In this document: positions 37,701-49,944 of the stretch, piece by piece
Layout: each line of letters starts with the position of its first letter
How positions within the stretch are numbered: the stretch's first letter is position 1
Assembly (NCBI GenBank): GCA_038997165.1
Contig: JAWBAK010000001.1
Span: 372,595 to 436,594, forward strand
Length of the DNA: 64,000 nt
Reading direction: 5' to 3'
Origin: Candidatus Aenigmatarchaeota archaeon
GTDB lineage: Archaea > Aenigmatarchaeota > Aenigmatarchaeia > CG10238-14 > SpSt-28
Position numbers and translations under genes: made by a program
The notes under the pieces: model-generated
Database searches by the model: none
What the model saw: only the letters and a program-made list of their open reading frames with translations
What the model was told of the DNA's origin: nothing

Positions 37701-40700
37701 CATAATCAAATGGATAATATTTTAAATCCGAATGAAGTTTTTAAATTAACTTTAAGAATTAGAGAATTTAATGGTAGTAGTTATTTCGAAGTTACTGAAG
37801 GTAATTTTAACTTAACTATCGATGGAATTAATTATTCCTTAATTTATGATAACGATTTATCAAAGTGGAAGACTTTAGAAACTTTTAGATCTAATCTTAT
37901 TTTAGGAGATCATACAATTAACGCATATATTACTGGATATTCTTTACCAAATAAAGTAATTTCAGATAATATTTTACTAAGTTTTAACTATCAACTTAAA
38001 AAGATTTTTATCGAAATGTATCCAACAAATAAAATTTATAATACAAGTTATTTAATTGGAAAATCGATTTTACTGCCTGATAACTTATCTTTAGTTAATA
38101 ATTTAACTAATCTATACTTTAATGACAACCTTCTATTTCAAAATTATACAGATGAATATGGCAATTTTACATTTCAATTCAACACTCCTTTATTGGGTAT
38201 ACATAAAATAAAAATAAATACAACAAACTATCAAGGAATTTATGGAGAAAACGAAACTCTTATAGAAATTTGGGCACCAACAGAATTAACAGGATATTAT
38301 GAAATTATTCAAGATTTTATTTCAAATTCAAGTTGCACAATAGCAACTATAAGAGTTGGAAATTATACTAGAATTGATACAAATGAACTTATTGAAGGAG
38401 AAATAAAAATAACAATAGATTCAATAACAAAAAACTGTTTTAGCAATTATTACTGCGAAGTTAACTTTACAGTTGGAAGTAATTGTGAAATTAGTGGAGG
38501 AAATAAAACTATTTTAGTTGAAGCTTTTAATGAAAGTAGTTTTTATGAAAAAGCAAGTTTTACCTTTAATTATTATTTAGAAGAAATAACAACAACTGCA
38601 AGAATTGTTACTCATAATTTAACAGTTTATAATGTTACTCAAAATGAAGATAAAATAGAACAATTTAATATAACAATAATCAATACTGGAAAGGGAACTA
38701 TGCGTAATGTAATGATTTCAAAATATTCTGGACCATTTCAAGTAATTAACATAACTCCAATTCCAGATGTTTTGCCAGAAAGTGAAATTAATGTAACATT
38801 TAGCATTATAATTCCAGCGGGAACAACTCCAGGGAGCTATAATCAAGTTTATAATGTTTCATGGATTAATAATAATTTACAAAAATCAAGCCCAATTTAT
38901 TCTCCCATTCAAGTAATTACAGTTGTTGGAAATCCACAAATAGAGTTAAGTACTTACAATATAACTCGAGTTATTGAGCATAATCAAAGCTTTTCTTTAA
39001 ATGTATTAATAAATAATACTGGAAACGCTCCTTTACAAGATGTTTGGGTAAATTATACTGAAATAAATCTTCCAAAAGAATGGATAACAATAACTCCAAA
39101 TTATTGGGAAAGCATAGATAGTGGTTCAGCACAAAGTTTTTTAGTAACAATTAATATTCCATTAGCAACATCTCCAGGTTTATATAAAGGAATAATAAAT
39201 GTTACTTCTCATATAGGTTATCCTGATGAAAGATTTAAGGAAATTGAAGTTAACGTAATAGTTCCGATAGATTCTAGATGGGAAATGGAAATTTTTGCTA
39301 GAAATGGAAGTAAAGTAGATCGAATAGAAGAAACTTATGGTTTAAACGAAGCTGGTTTGTTAGGAATTATAGTTATTAAGAATTTAGGAAATATACCTTT
39401 AAACTTTACTTTATCTTATACTTCTGTTGAAGGTTTTAATGATCCAAAAACTCAAAACCCAACGGTATTTGAGGAAAATAAAATTGTTAATGATGAACTT
39501 TTCAACCCAACTTATTTGTTTGTTGATAAACAGGAAGAGAAAGAAATAAAACTCTGGCAAAATGGTTTTCATGTTGCAGTAAGTTTTGGTTTAAACCTAA
39601 CAATAGCTAACAATACCGCAACCCCCTCAACAAACTTCACAATTTTTATTTGGCATATTGTTGATCAACCACCATACATAACTAATTTAACATATAGCGA
39701 ATTTATTGAAATTAAAAAGTTGCAAATAATAAGAGCATTTTTTGATGATGATCAAGATCAACTAAATTTAATTTATTTAAATATAACATTACCAAATTCA
39801 ACAATCGATAATATAATTTGTAAAAGCGGAAAAAGTGGAAGCTTAACAGATGGTTATCATAGTTGCAGCTATTATCCACCAATTGAAGGAATTTATAATG
39901 TTAATTTAACAGCTTGCGATTCTGGAAATAAATGTAGAACAATAAGTTTTAATTTTACAGCTTTTGCAAAAACTCAATTATCAATTTCTCCAATCGATAA
40001 CTATTATTATGTATACAATATTACTCAAATAAATTCTGCTACAATTTCTTTAAACATTTATATTAGAAATTTAAACGATACAGTTAGTGCGTATAATGTA
40101 ACTTTAACATCTTCGCCACCAGCAGATACAAATTGGATAATTCATTCTATAAACATATCCCAAATTTTACCAAACACAACTATATATACAATGCTTAATA
40201 TAACAATTCCCCAAGGAACTAGTGCAAGGGAATATACTATTAAACCATATGTAACTTGGCAAAATCCAGATGAAAGTATAGGAATTGCTTATTCTTCTCA
40301 AACTATAACAATAAATGTTTTGCCAACAAGAATTTTAAATATTAGTGAATATCCAAATAGTTTATTAGTAAATCATAATTCTTCAATTTCTACAAACTTT
40401 ACTATTCAATCTATAGGTAATTCAGAAGTAAGAAATATAACATTCTTATGTCAAAGAGAAACAACTTTATGTAATTATATTAGTTTTTCTCCAAGCTTTA
40501 TTCCAAGTTTAAATGCAAACGAAACAATAAACATTACTTTAACTATAGATTTGCCATTAGGTTTTTCTAGTGGAAAATATTATCCAATAATAAATGTTAC
40601 TAGCATAGATGATATCAAACAATTTGAAATCGAAATTAATGTTCCAGAAGATTATAATTATTCGATAGATAAAGAAGAAATATTGTTAAAAATATTAGCT

Positions 40701-43700
40701 GGAAAAAATATAACTAAGGAAATTTTGAATATAACAAATATTGGAAATAAATTATTAACATTTAATATAAGCCTAGAAGGAAATGTAACAGAAATATTGA
40801 GCTTAGTTGAAAATTATAAAGAAATAAATCCAGCTCAAAGCTTTGTTCTTATTGCAAATATTAGTCCACCAAATTACTTATCGATTTACGAAGGAAACAT
40901 TTCAATAAATGAAATTAAACTAGGAATTAAAAAGGTACCAATAAGAATAGAAGTTTATCCTGCTGAAATAGTTATTAATTATCCAAATTCTGAAGCTCCA
41001 ATTATAGATGTTTTAGAGAATCAAAAAATAGAAATAAATTTAACTTTTAGAATAGGAGATGAAATAATAACTTCAAACACATCTTTTACAATTTTAATTT
41101 CTAATAATACATGCAATATAAGTAAAGTAGAAGTAATAAATGATAATTGGATAATTGAATGTAGCTTACCAAAAAATGAAGATGGAAAATGGCATGATTT
41201 AACTATAAAAGCTTATTATGAAACTTATGACATTTTAGTTGAAAAAACAGAAGTTAATGCAATATATTATAAAGATATTACTCCACCAAAATTAATTTCA
41301 AAAGAAATTCCAAGCGTAGAATTTCCAAATAACGTAACAATAAAATTAAATTTAAGCGATAATGTAGCTATAGATAAAGTTTTAATGTATATAAAGCAAT
41401 TAAACAAAACTTATGAATTATTAACAGAAAATAACATTACTTGGGAAATTACGATAGAAAATTTGGAGCCAAACGATTACGATTTAATATTTATAATAAA
41501 CGATACAACAAACAATACATTAATATTTGAAGATTATTTTGAAGTATACGTTTCTAAAAACATTTGGGTTAATATAACAAATAGCAGAGATGAATATGTT
41601 AGCATAAACTTTACGTTTTATAGAAATAATACAAATCAAATATTGCAAAAAGAATATGTATATGGATATAAAAACTTTACAGTTCATTTAAGAACTTACG
41701 ATTTATTAATAGAAAGTAATGAGGCAAAAATAAAATTATATAACTTATCTACTTTTGATTTACCAGACGATTTTATAAAATACGATAAAGTTTATCCAAC
41801 AGAAGTAAATCTTTATAAGCCTTTAGGAGGCTTTGCAATAATAACTCCAATAGAAATCGATTCAACAATAAGAATTTATTATGACATTTCAATAGCTCAG
41901 CAATATGGAGCAATAGAGGATAATTTAAAAATAATTTATTGTAATAGCTGGGACTTTTATCAAAAAACTTGCTCAGAATGGATTCAATTACCTTCTAGAG
42001 TAGATAAAAGATATAAATTTGTAGAAGCAGAGACTAAATTTAAACAAGGAGCATATTTAGTTGCTGAAGGAATAAGAAAAGAAGCAAGATTAGATATTTA
42101 TGATCCATTACCAATAGATGTTCATCATTGGCAAAAATATACTATTAGATTTACTATTCAATCGAGCGGAACAGATCCAGTAAGTAATATAAGAGTTGAA
42201 TGTTTATATGGAACTGTTTGCTATGAATTTAATCCAGAATATATTCCATTTGTAGGAACTTTAATGCCTGGAGAAAGCAGAGAAATAGAAATTAATGTAA
42301 CAATTCCAGCTGGTTATAATGCAGGAAATTATGTTGGAACATTAAGAATTATAAGCGCAGAAGGAATAGAAAGAATTACATATCTAAGAGTTAATGTTTT
42401 AAATAACTATAGTTTTATTACTAATGATTATTTCGAAGTTAAAAAAGGAAAAGGCTTTGGAGTTTTAACCAATTTAACAATAAAAAGCATTGCAAATAAC
42501 GATTTATTATTAAAAATAAATACTTCTCAAAACATTTCAACTCTAAGTGAATTTATTTTAAGGAAATTAGAAGAAAAAACAATTCCAATATATTATAATT
42601 TAGATAAGGAAGGAAATTATTTAGAAAAATTAATTTTACATAACGAGACTCTTAATATTTCAAAGGAAATTCAGTTTAATATAACAATTGTTAACTTTAC
42701 AATATTTTTATTAAATCCAACAAATCAAATAGAAATTTATCCAAACCAAACTCTAAACATTTCTTTAAAAACATTTTTTGAAGAAAAAGAAATTAAAGAA
42801 AATATTTCTTTTAGAGTTTTCTTAAACGAAAAAGAATGCAAAATAATTAATATTACTTATAATGGATCGTTTGAAATTTCTTGTATAGTTCCAATAACAA
42901 AAGTTTTTAACGATTTAATAATAGAAGCATCTTATGGAGAATTTACTTCTTATTTAAAGAGAGAAAATTTAATTAAAGTAATAGATAATATAGAACCAAC
43001 AGTTAAAATTCATACTCTTGATTTTGAAATAAACAAAATAAACGAAATAATTGCCGAAATAGATGATAACGATATTATAAAAGAAGTAACTTTTGTTTTA
43101 GTATTTCCAAATCAAACAGAAATAGTTTTAATTCCAGAAAAAATAGATAATTTATATAAATCTAGCGTTTTTATAGAAGAAAAAGGAGATTATTTAATAA
43201 AAGTTATTGCTATAGATAACTCTTCTAATTCGAAAATAGAGCAAAAGTTAATAAGAGCTGGGGAAAAAGTTAGAATTACTACAAAAGCTATCGATATAGA
43301 TAATAAAATTGTAAAAATGTATATAGATTTAATTAATCCAATTTCTAATCAAAAAGAGTATGAATTAAGACCAGATGAAAACGCAACAATAAATCAAACA
43401 ATATTTGCTGGAAAATATAATTTAAGAATAAAAATAGAAGATTCTGAAATAATTTATTTCGATGTTATTATTAACAAATCCATAGATGATATAGTTAAAA
43501 TAGATGTATTTAATGTTCATTTGGCAAACATTTCTAAATTAAGAAATAGATTTTTTGCGTTTGCAATTAAAGAAAATTTCGAATTTAATAATTATACATT
43601 AATTTTTGATATTTCTCAACATTCTCATTTAATTTTAAAGGTCGAAAATTTAAGAATTTATAAGTGTAAAGATTGGATATTAGAAAGTAGAGAATGTAAT

Positions 43701-46160
43701 TCAACTTGGATAGAAATAATTCCAAAAATTGATTTAAAAGCTTCAAAAATATTTTTCGAATTTAATTCAAGCTCAGCATATTTATTTGCAGAAGCAGTAA
43801 TATGTGGAGATGGAATTTGTGATATATTAGAGAATTGTAATAATTGTCCAATTGATTGCGGTCAATGTCCAACAACACCTTCTATACCTTCTATACCATA
43901 TACCTCGCCTATAAGAGAAGCTCCATTACCTTCTATTGATTATTCAAAAATGCAAGAAATTCTAAAACAAATTGCAGAAAAAATAGAGGTTAGAACAGAA
44001 GAATTGTATTTTGAGTTAAAGCAAGGAGAAAAAGAAATTAAGAAAATATACATAGCAAATAATAAAGAAAAGGATGTTTATGCAGAGATAGAGCTTTATG
44101 GTGATATTGTTAAGTTCTTGAGGTATGCAAACAAAAGGATTTTAATAAACAAAAAATCTACAAATTATTTTGAAGTTATTGCTGAGATTCCAAAAGATCA
44201 AGAAGCTGGAATTTATAGAGGATATGCTAAAATAATAATAGAAAATGAATCCTTTATAGTTCCTATAACTGTTAAAGTTATTCCAGCAGAAATGAAACTT
44301 TTAGATTTAAAAATGAGTTTATTAAGCGATAAAGTTAAGCCAGGGGATTATTTAAGAGCAGAAATAATATTATATAACTTAGGAAAAACAAAAAGAGTTG
44401 ATGTTAACTTAACTCTAAGTTTAATAGATAGTGAAAATCTAGTTGAAATTACAAGAGCAGAAGAAAGTTTAGCAGTTGAGACATCTTTAACAAAAATATT
44501 TTCACTAAAAATTCCTAAGGATATAATAGAAAAAAGATATTTAGTTAAAGCAATAGCGACATATTTAACAGAAAATATTAAGCAAGAAGCAGTAGCAAGC
44601 GCATTTGTAACTATTGAAACTCCATTATTGGAAAAAGAAATTTTAGGTATGCAATTAAAAACTTTATTAACTTATTTCTTAATATTTAGCTTTGGTTCAG
44701 CAATTTCTTATATAGCTATAATTTCATACATTAAAAAGAAAGAAAAAGAAAAAAGGTTTAAAGTAACTATAGATTTTTCAACCTTACCACAACCTTCTGA
44801 AAATTCTGCATTTATTGGAAATATTGCGGAAACAGCGAGAAGAGCATTTATTTATTTAGATGATTTAAAAATGCATACTTTAATAGCTGGAGCAACAGGT
44901 AGCGGAAAAACTATTAGTGCAATGGTAATTGCAGAAGAAGCTTTATTAAAAAATAAAAATGTAATTGTTTTTGATCCAACCGCACAATGGACAGGTTTCC
45001 TAAGAAAATGTAAAGAAAAATATATGCTTAAAGAATACTCTAAGTTTGGAATGAGTATTAAGCAAGCAAGAGGTTTTCCAGGAAAAATAAAAATAATTAC
45101 TTCGCCATATCAAAAAATTAGATTAAAAGAAATTATTGAAAATCCAAAGGGAAATATTTATATATTTGTTCTTAATAGATTAAGGCCAGAAGAAATAGAT
45201 ATATTTGTTGCAAACACTATTCAAGAAATATTTAATTCTAGATTAGAAGAAAGTAAAGATTTAAGATGTTTAATAGTTTACGATGAAGTTCATAGATTAT
45301 TGCCAAAATTTGGTGGTAGTGGAAAAGGATTTTTAGCCTTAGAAAGAGGGGTAAGAGAATTTAGAAAGTGGGGAATAGGTTTGGTACTAATTTCTCAAGT
45401 TTTAAGTGATTTTGTTGGAGAAATTAGAGCAAACATAGGAACAGAAATACAATTAAGAACAAGATATGAAGGAGATTTAGATAGAATAAAAATGAAGTAT
45501 GGAGAGGAATTTGTTTCTCAAATAGTTAAAGCAAATATTGGTACAGGAATGATTGTTAATAGCGAATATAATAAAGGAAGACCTTATTTTGTTACTTTTA
45601 GACCAATATTACATCAAGTAACAAGATTAAGCGAAAAAGATTTAGATGAATATGATAAAAGAGATAGAAAAATTGAAGAATTAAAGTTCTATATAGAAGA
45701 ATTAAAGAAGCATGGAATAGACGTTTTTGATATTGAAACAGAATTAAATTTAGCAGAAAGTAAATTAATGCAAGGAGCTTTTGATATTGTTGACATATAT
45801 CTAGAGGGAATAGAACCAAGAATTAAAAAAGAGTTTGAAAAAAGAAAAATTAAAATTCCAAAGTATGAGGAATTAACAATAGAAAAGAAAGAGATAGAAG
45901 AAATAGTTGAAAAAGCTAAAAAAGAAAGAGAAAGAGTAGCTGAAAAAGAGAAGAAAAATTATGAAGAAATACTTAAAGAAATTAACGATATAGAGGAAAT
46001 GATAAAAAACCTTAGAAGAGAGGGAAAAGATACATTTGATTTGGAAATAGATTTAGAAAGGATAAAATCAAGAATAAAAATATATGAAAAAACTAAAGAA
46101 GAAAAAATATTAAATGAAATAGAAGAGATGCTTAATAATATAAAAAGTTTGAAAAAATAA
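34720..46160 (+). CDS. Giant surface protein (signal peptide, beta-helix with Gly-rich repeats, many Ig-like domains, Cys-rich motif, TM) fused to a C-terminal HerA/VirB4-like ATPase; spans an assembly gap
   Basis: Frame is open from 34720 to the gap (36227) and from 36324 to the stop at 46160, in frame with the 3109-aa ORF; the same repeat unit lies on both sides of the gap; HTLIAGATGSGKT, VFDPT, VYDEVHR, RKWGIGLVLISQ. Confidence 0.82.
35797..36664 (+). repeat. Tandem roughly 123-bp (41-aa) Gly-rich beta-helix repeats, at least 6 units around the gap
   Basis: Unit NSIFNLTGGTGGTGG-xx-GSGGSGGISTG(V/I)YLLNSFNNTFFS. Confidence 0.92.
36227..36322. other. Assembly gap (96 N) inside the repeat region
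   Basis: Run of N. Confidence 1.
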
Positions 46161-46166
46161 ACAAAT

Positions 46167-47777
46167 TTATTCAACAACTAAAAAATCTTTATCTTTAATC
46201 GCTTCTTCAATTTGTTTTTTCATAATCTTTATCTTTAATAGCTCTTTTTTTATTTCGCTATCTTCCCCTCTAAATTCTCTTATAACTTCAGATATAGTTT
46301 TTAAGCTATTTCCAAGTTCTTTAAGTACTTTTATAAGATTAAGCCAATAAATATTAACTTTTATTTGAGTTTTTTCTTGAGCTTTCTTTAATGTTTCTAT
46401 TTCTTCTAACAAATTATTAATAATTTTCTTAGTATTTTCTAATTCATTTTTAAAATTGTTTATTTCGTTTAAATTTAAATTAGACATATTTTTTATTCTT
46501 TCTATTTCTTTATTAATTTCTTCAGAATTTTTTTCAAAATTATCCAAATATCTTTGAATTTCCACAACTCTTTCTAATAAATTTTCTATTCTTTTTTGAT
46601 CTATTTCTTTTTTTTGTTTTTCTAAGACAAAATTTTTTAGTTTTTCTATTTCAGAATTTATTTCTAAAAAATTTTTTGAAAAGGTATTTAAGGAATTTTC
46701 TAAGGAAGTATACATATTTAAAATGTTGCTTATTTTATTTTCTACTTCAATATTTAAGTTATTTTTTAAAGAGTTTATTAAATCAAATAAAATTTTAATA
46801 TCTTTTTCTGTTTTTTCAAAAAAGCCTTTTATTTTTTCAATTTCTGTATTGAACGTTTCAATTTTTTCAAAAAAATTTTTTTCTTTTATTATACTATTAT
46901 TTTTGATTTCTTCAATAGTTGTTCTAATTTCATTAAAATTATTTTTAAGATATTCTATATTTGAAAATAAATCCTTTATTTTTTCAATTTCGACTATTTT
47001 TTCTTCTATATTTTCTATTTTACTCTTTAAAGAATGTTGATTAATTTCTAAATTTTTTACAGTATTTTCAATTTTTAAAAAATTTGAAAAAGTCTCAAAT
47101 TGAGGTTTAATTTCTTTTTCTACATAATTTTTTAAAATTTTTATTTCCTCTTTTATGTTTTCAAAAATTTTATCAAATTCTTCAACTTTTTTAATTTTTT
47201 CTAAAACTTCTTCTATCTTTTTTTCTTGATAGGATATAAATATATCTATTTCGTTAATTTTGTTTTCGAATTTGCTAATATCTAAACTATTAATTCTATT
47301 TTTTAATTCATTAATTTTGTTTTCCAAATTTTCTATATATTCTTTTTTTAAATTTTCTATTTTATTAAAAACTTCATTTTTTAAATTTTCAAAATTTTGA
47401 AGATTTTGAGATAACTGATTTTTAATCTGATTTATATCTTTTAATTCATTTTTTAATTTATTTATTTCGTTTAAAATTTCTTTAACAGTATTGAAATATT
47501 CTTTTAATTTTTCAGAAATTTCTTCTACTTTTTCGTATTTTCTTTCTAATTTGGAAAGCTCCAAATTCCTAATTTTTATAATTTCATCTTCCAAATTCCT
47601 AATTTTTAGAGGTAAGTTTTCAAAATTTATTAAAAAGTTTTTAACTTTTTTATCGAATTCATCAATTTTTTTCTCAACCTCTTTTAATTCTTCTTTTAAA
47701 TTTTCAAACTCTTTTTTTTCTGATTTTTTTATTAGGAATTTTTTCTTTATCTCTTCTAATTCTTTTGAAAAATCCAT
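46167..47777 (-). CDS. Long coiled-coil protein
   Basis: 536 aa, E/K/I/L heptad composition, no catalytic motifs seen. Confidence 0.75.
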   Translation of the reverse strand: MDFSKELEEIKKKFLIKKSEKKEFENLKEELKEVEKKIDEFDKKVKNFLINFENLPLKIRNLEDEIIKIRNLELSKLERKYEKVEEISEKLKEYFNTVKEILNEINKLKNELKDINQIKNQLSQNLQNFENLKNEVFNKIENLKKEYIENLENKINELKNRINSLDISKFENKINEIDIFISYQEKKIEEVLEKIKKVEEFDKIFENIKEEIKILKNYVEKEIKPQFETFSNFLKIENTVKNLEINQHSLKSKIENIEEKIVEIEKIKDLFSNIEYLKNNFNEIRTTIEEIKNNSIIKEKNFFEKIETFNTEIEKIKGFFEKTEKDIKILFDLINSLKNNLNIEVENKISNILNMYTSLENSLNTFSKNFLEINSEIEKLKNFVLEKQKKEIDQKRIENLLERVVEIQRYLDNFEKNSEEINKEIERIKNMSNLNLNEINNFKNELENTKKIINNLLEEIETLKKAQEKTQIKVNIYWLNLIKVLKELGNSLKTISEVIREFRGEDSEIKKELLKIKIMKKQIEEAIKDKDFLVVE

Positions 47778-47778
47778 T

Positions 47779-48825
47779 TTAACTTTCAGCTAAAATTTTT
47801 AAAAAATTTAATATTTCAGAAATATTTTTGATAACTTCATTATATTTTTTTTCTAACTCGTTTATTCTTATATTTAAGTCTTTGTATTCTAATTTTGAGA
47901 ATTCCTCAATTTTTTTATTAATTTCATTTTTCATTTTATCGATTTCTGTTATTTGTTTAAATACTACATTTTTTAATTTTTCTATTTCACTTTTTTTAAC
48001 AAAATCGTTTAAATTTATATTTTCTATTTTATTTTCCAAATTCCTAATTTTTAAAATATAATCTTCTAAAATTTTTAACTTTTCAAAAATTATTTCTCTT
48101 TCTTCTTTTAATTTATTTAATGTTTCTCCAAAAATTTTCAGGTCTTGAGAAATTTGAATTGCTTCTATTTTTTTTCTTAATTCTTCTTCATATTCTTTTA
48201 TTTTCTTTAATCTATCTTTAAGTTCGTTTATCTCTTCTTTTCTTATAAAACTACTTGATAAAACTTTTAGCTCGTTTACATCTTTAACAAATTCTTTAAA
48301 TTTTTCTTTTAGTAAAGATATTTCTTTTTTTAATTCTAAAAATTCTTCAAATCTCTTATTCATTTCTAAAAAAATTGCCTCAATTTTAGAAGATGTTGAA
48401 AAAATTTTTGTTTCTGATTTTTTAATTTCACTTAAATCTTTTTTAATATCTTTTTCAATTTTATCAAATTCTTCAAAATCTTTAAATCTAATATAAACTT
48501 TTCTTATTTCTTTTAATTCTTCAATAATTTTGTTTAAAAGAGTTTCATTACTTTCTATTTTTGCATTTATAACTTCTATTTTTGCATAAAACTCATTAAA
48601 TTTTTTAATAATTTCTTCAGGTTTTAATTCTTCAACAATTTTAATAGTTTTTTCAAAGGAAGTTTTTAATTCAGCAATTTCTCTTTCTTTATCTACTAAA
48701 GAGTTTTTAATTTCTCCAATGCGTTCATTTAAAAAAGAAATTCTATTATTCAATTCTTCTTTAATTTTTATTAGAACATCAACTTTGGCTTTTAATTTTT
48801 CTATGTCAACTTCCAAATTTTTCAT
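47779..48825 (-). CDS. Long coiled-coil protein
   Basis: 348 aa, heptad pattern; 1-bp gap to the next gene. Confidence 0.75.
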   Translation of the reverse strand: MKNLEVDIEKLKAKVDVLIKIKEELNNRISFLNERIGEIKNSLVDKEREIAELKTSFEKTIKIVEELKPEEIIKKFNEFYAKIEVINAKIESNETLLNKIIEELKEIRKVYIRFKDFEEFDKIEKDIKKDLSEIKKSETKIFSTSSKIEAIFLEMNKRFEEFLELKKEISLLKEKFKEFVKDVNELKVLSSSFIRKEEINELKDRLKKIKEYEEELRKKIEAIQISQDLKIFGETLNKLKEEREIIFEKLKILEDYILKIRNLENKIENINLNDFVKKSEIEKLKNVVFKQITEIDKMKNEINKKIEEFSKLEYKDLNIRINELEKKYNEVIKNISEILNFLKILAES

Positions 48826-48935
48826 AATATTAATACTATTAGTTATCTATTTTTATTTATTTTAATGTTAAAAATTTTCATTTTATTTTAACATTTTAAC
48901 AAAATCTTTATATATTTATTTAAAAATTAAATATT

Positions 48936-49445
48936 ATGGAATTAATTAGAATAATAATTCTTTCAGCGGCTTTTTTAGTTGTAGTAGGTGTTGGGGGTTT
49001 AATATATAATGCTAATTTTGTTCAAATAGAAGCTGCTACTTCTAATTTTGTATTAGTTTTAGTTGCGTTATTACTTTTAATTTTTGCGGCTTATTTGCTA
49101 TTAAAACAGGATATAAAACTTCAATTCAAAAGATTATTTTTAGAAAAAAGCGATGAAGCAACATTGCTATATGTTAAAAACGAATTAAAAAAATTAAAAA
49201 ATACTTTAGATGAAATTAAAAAAATAAATAAGAGGAATGCAAATAAGGTTTTAAAAAACGTAAAATTAGGCTTAGAAAAGTTAACTCCATATAAACCATA
49301 TTTATCAAATATTTTTATCGAAGGAAAATTCTTGGAAAATATGAATAAAATACTTTCCTTCAATAAAATTACTTCTAACAATCTTTCTGAATTTTCTGTT
49401 GCAATTAAAGAATTAAAAGAAGAATTAAAAGAACTCAATTTATAA
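48936..49445 (+). CDS. Hypothetical membrane protein (two N-terminal TMs plus helical domain)
   Basis: Hydrophobicity pattern. Confidence 0.65.
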   Translation: MELIRIIILSAAFLVVVGVGGLIYNANFVQIEAATSNFVLVLVALLLLIFAAYLLLKQDIKLQFKRLFLEKSDEATLLYVKNELKKLKNTLDEIKKINKRNANKVLKNVKLGLEKLTPYKPYLSNIFIEGKFLENMNKILSFNKITSNNLSEFSVAIKELKEELKELNL

Positions 49446-49480
49446 TTTTTTGAATATTATTGAGTTTTTATTTTATTTAT

Positions 49481-49581
49481 GCCGGGGTAGTTTAGTGGTA
49501 GAACGCCGCGCTCATATTTAATGAGCTTTGAATCGATGATAAGAAACGCGGAGGTCGTGGGTTCAAATCCCACCCCCGGCA
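49481..49581 (+). tRNA. tRNA-Met(CAT), elongator type, with 29-nt intron (49517-49545)
   Basis: CCGCG-CT CAT A[intron]A-CGCGG; acceptor stem GCCGGGG favours elongator Met over initiator Met or Ile2. Confidence 0.9.
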
Positions 49582-49944
49582 TTGTAGTCAATTTTTATTT
49601 AAATCTAAATAAAACAAAGATGTTAGATTTGTGTTTTGTTTTTGTTAATGATGTGCGAAATTTTTATTAATGAAAAATATTTGGGTATCAATTAAAGAAT
49701 AGTGACATAAGTTTTTAAATTATTTTATGATTTCAATTAGATTAGTTTTATTTCTTTTGATGATAACTATAGGATTTATTGTATTAATTTCTGGAACTAT
49801 CCTTTACTTTACGATTGATGGAAAAGTCTGGAAAAAATAGAGATTTTTGGAATTAGCAAAAAGGATTGGAAATAAATTCATTCTAATATCTTAATAGAAG
49901 GATTATTCTTCAATATTTTAGAAGCTTAATAAGAAATAAATCAT

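Noticed and set aside
46167..48825. SMC/Rad50 or ESCRT-III assignment for the coiled-coil proteins
   Set aside because: No Walker motifs, hinge or other recognisable signature
49640..49700. ATGATGT...ATGA sRNA-like motif after tRNA-Met
   Set aside because: Boxes are degenerate and the guides AT-rich, which is expected by chance at this base composition
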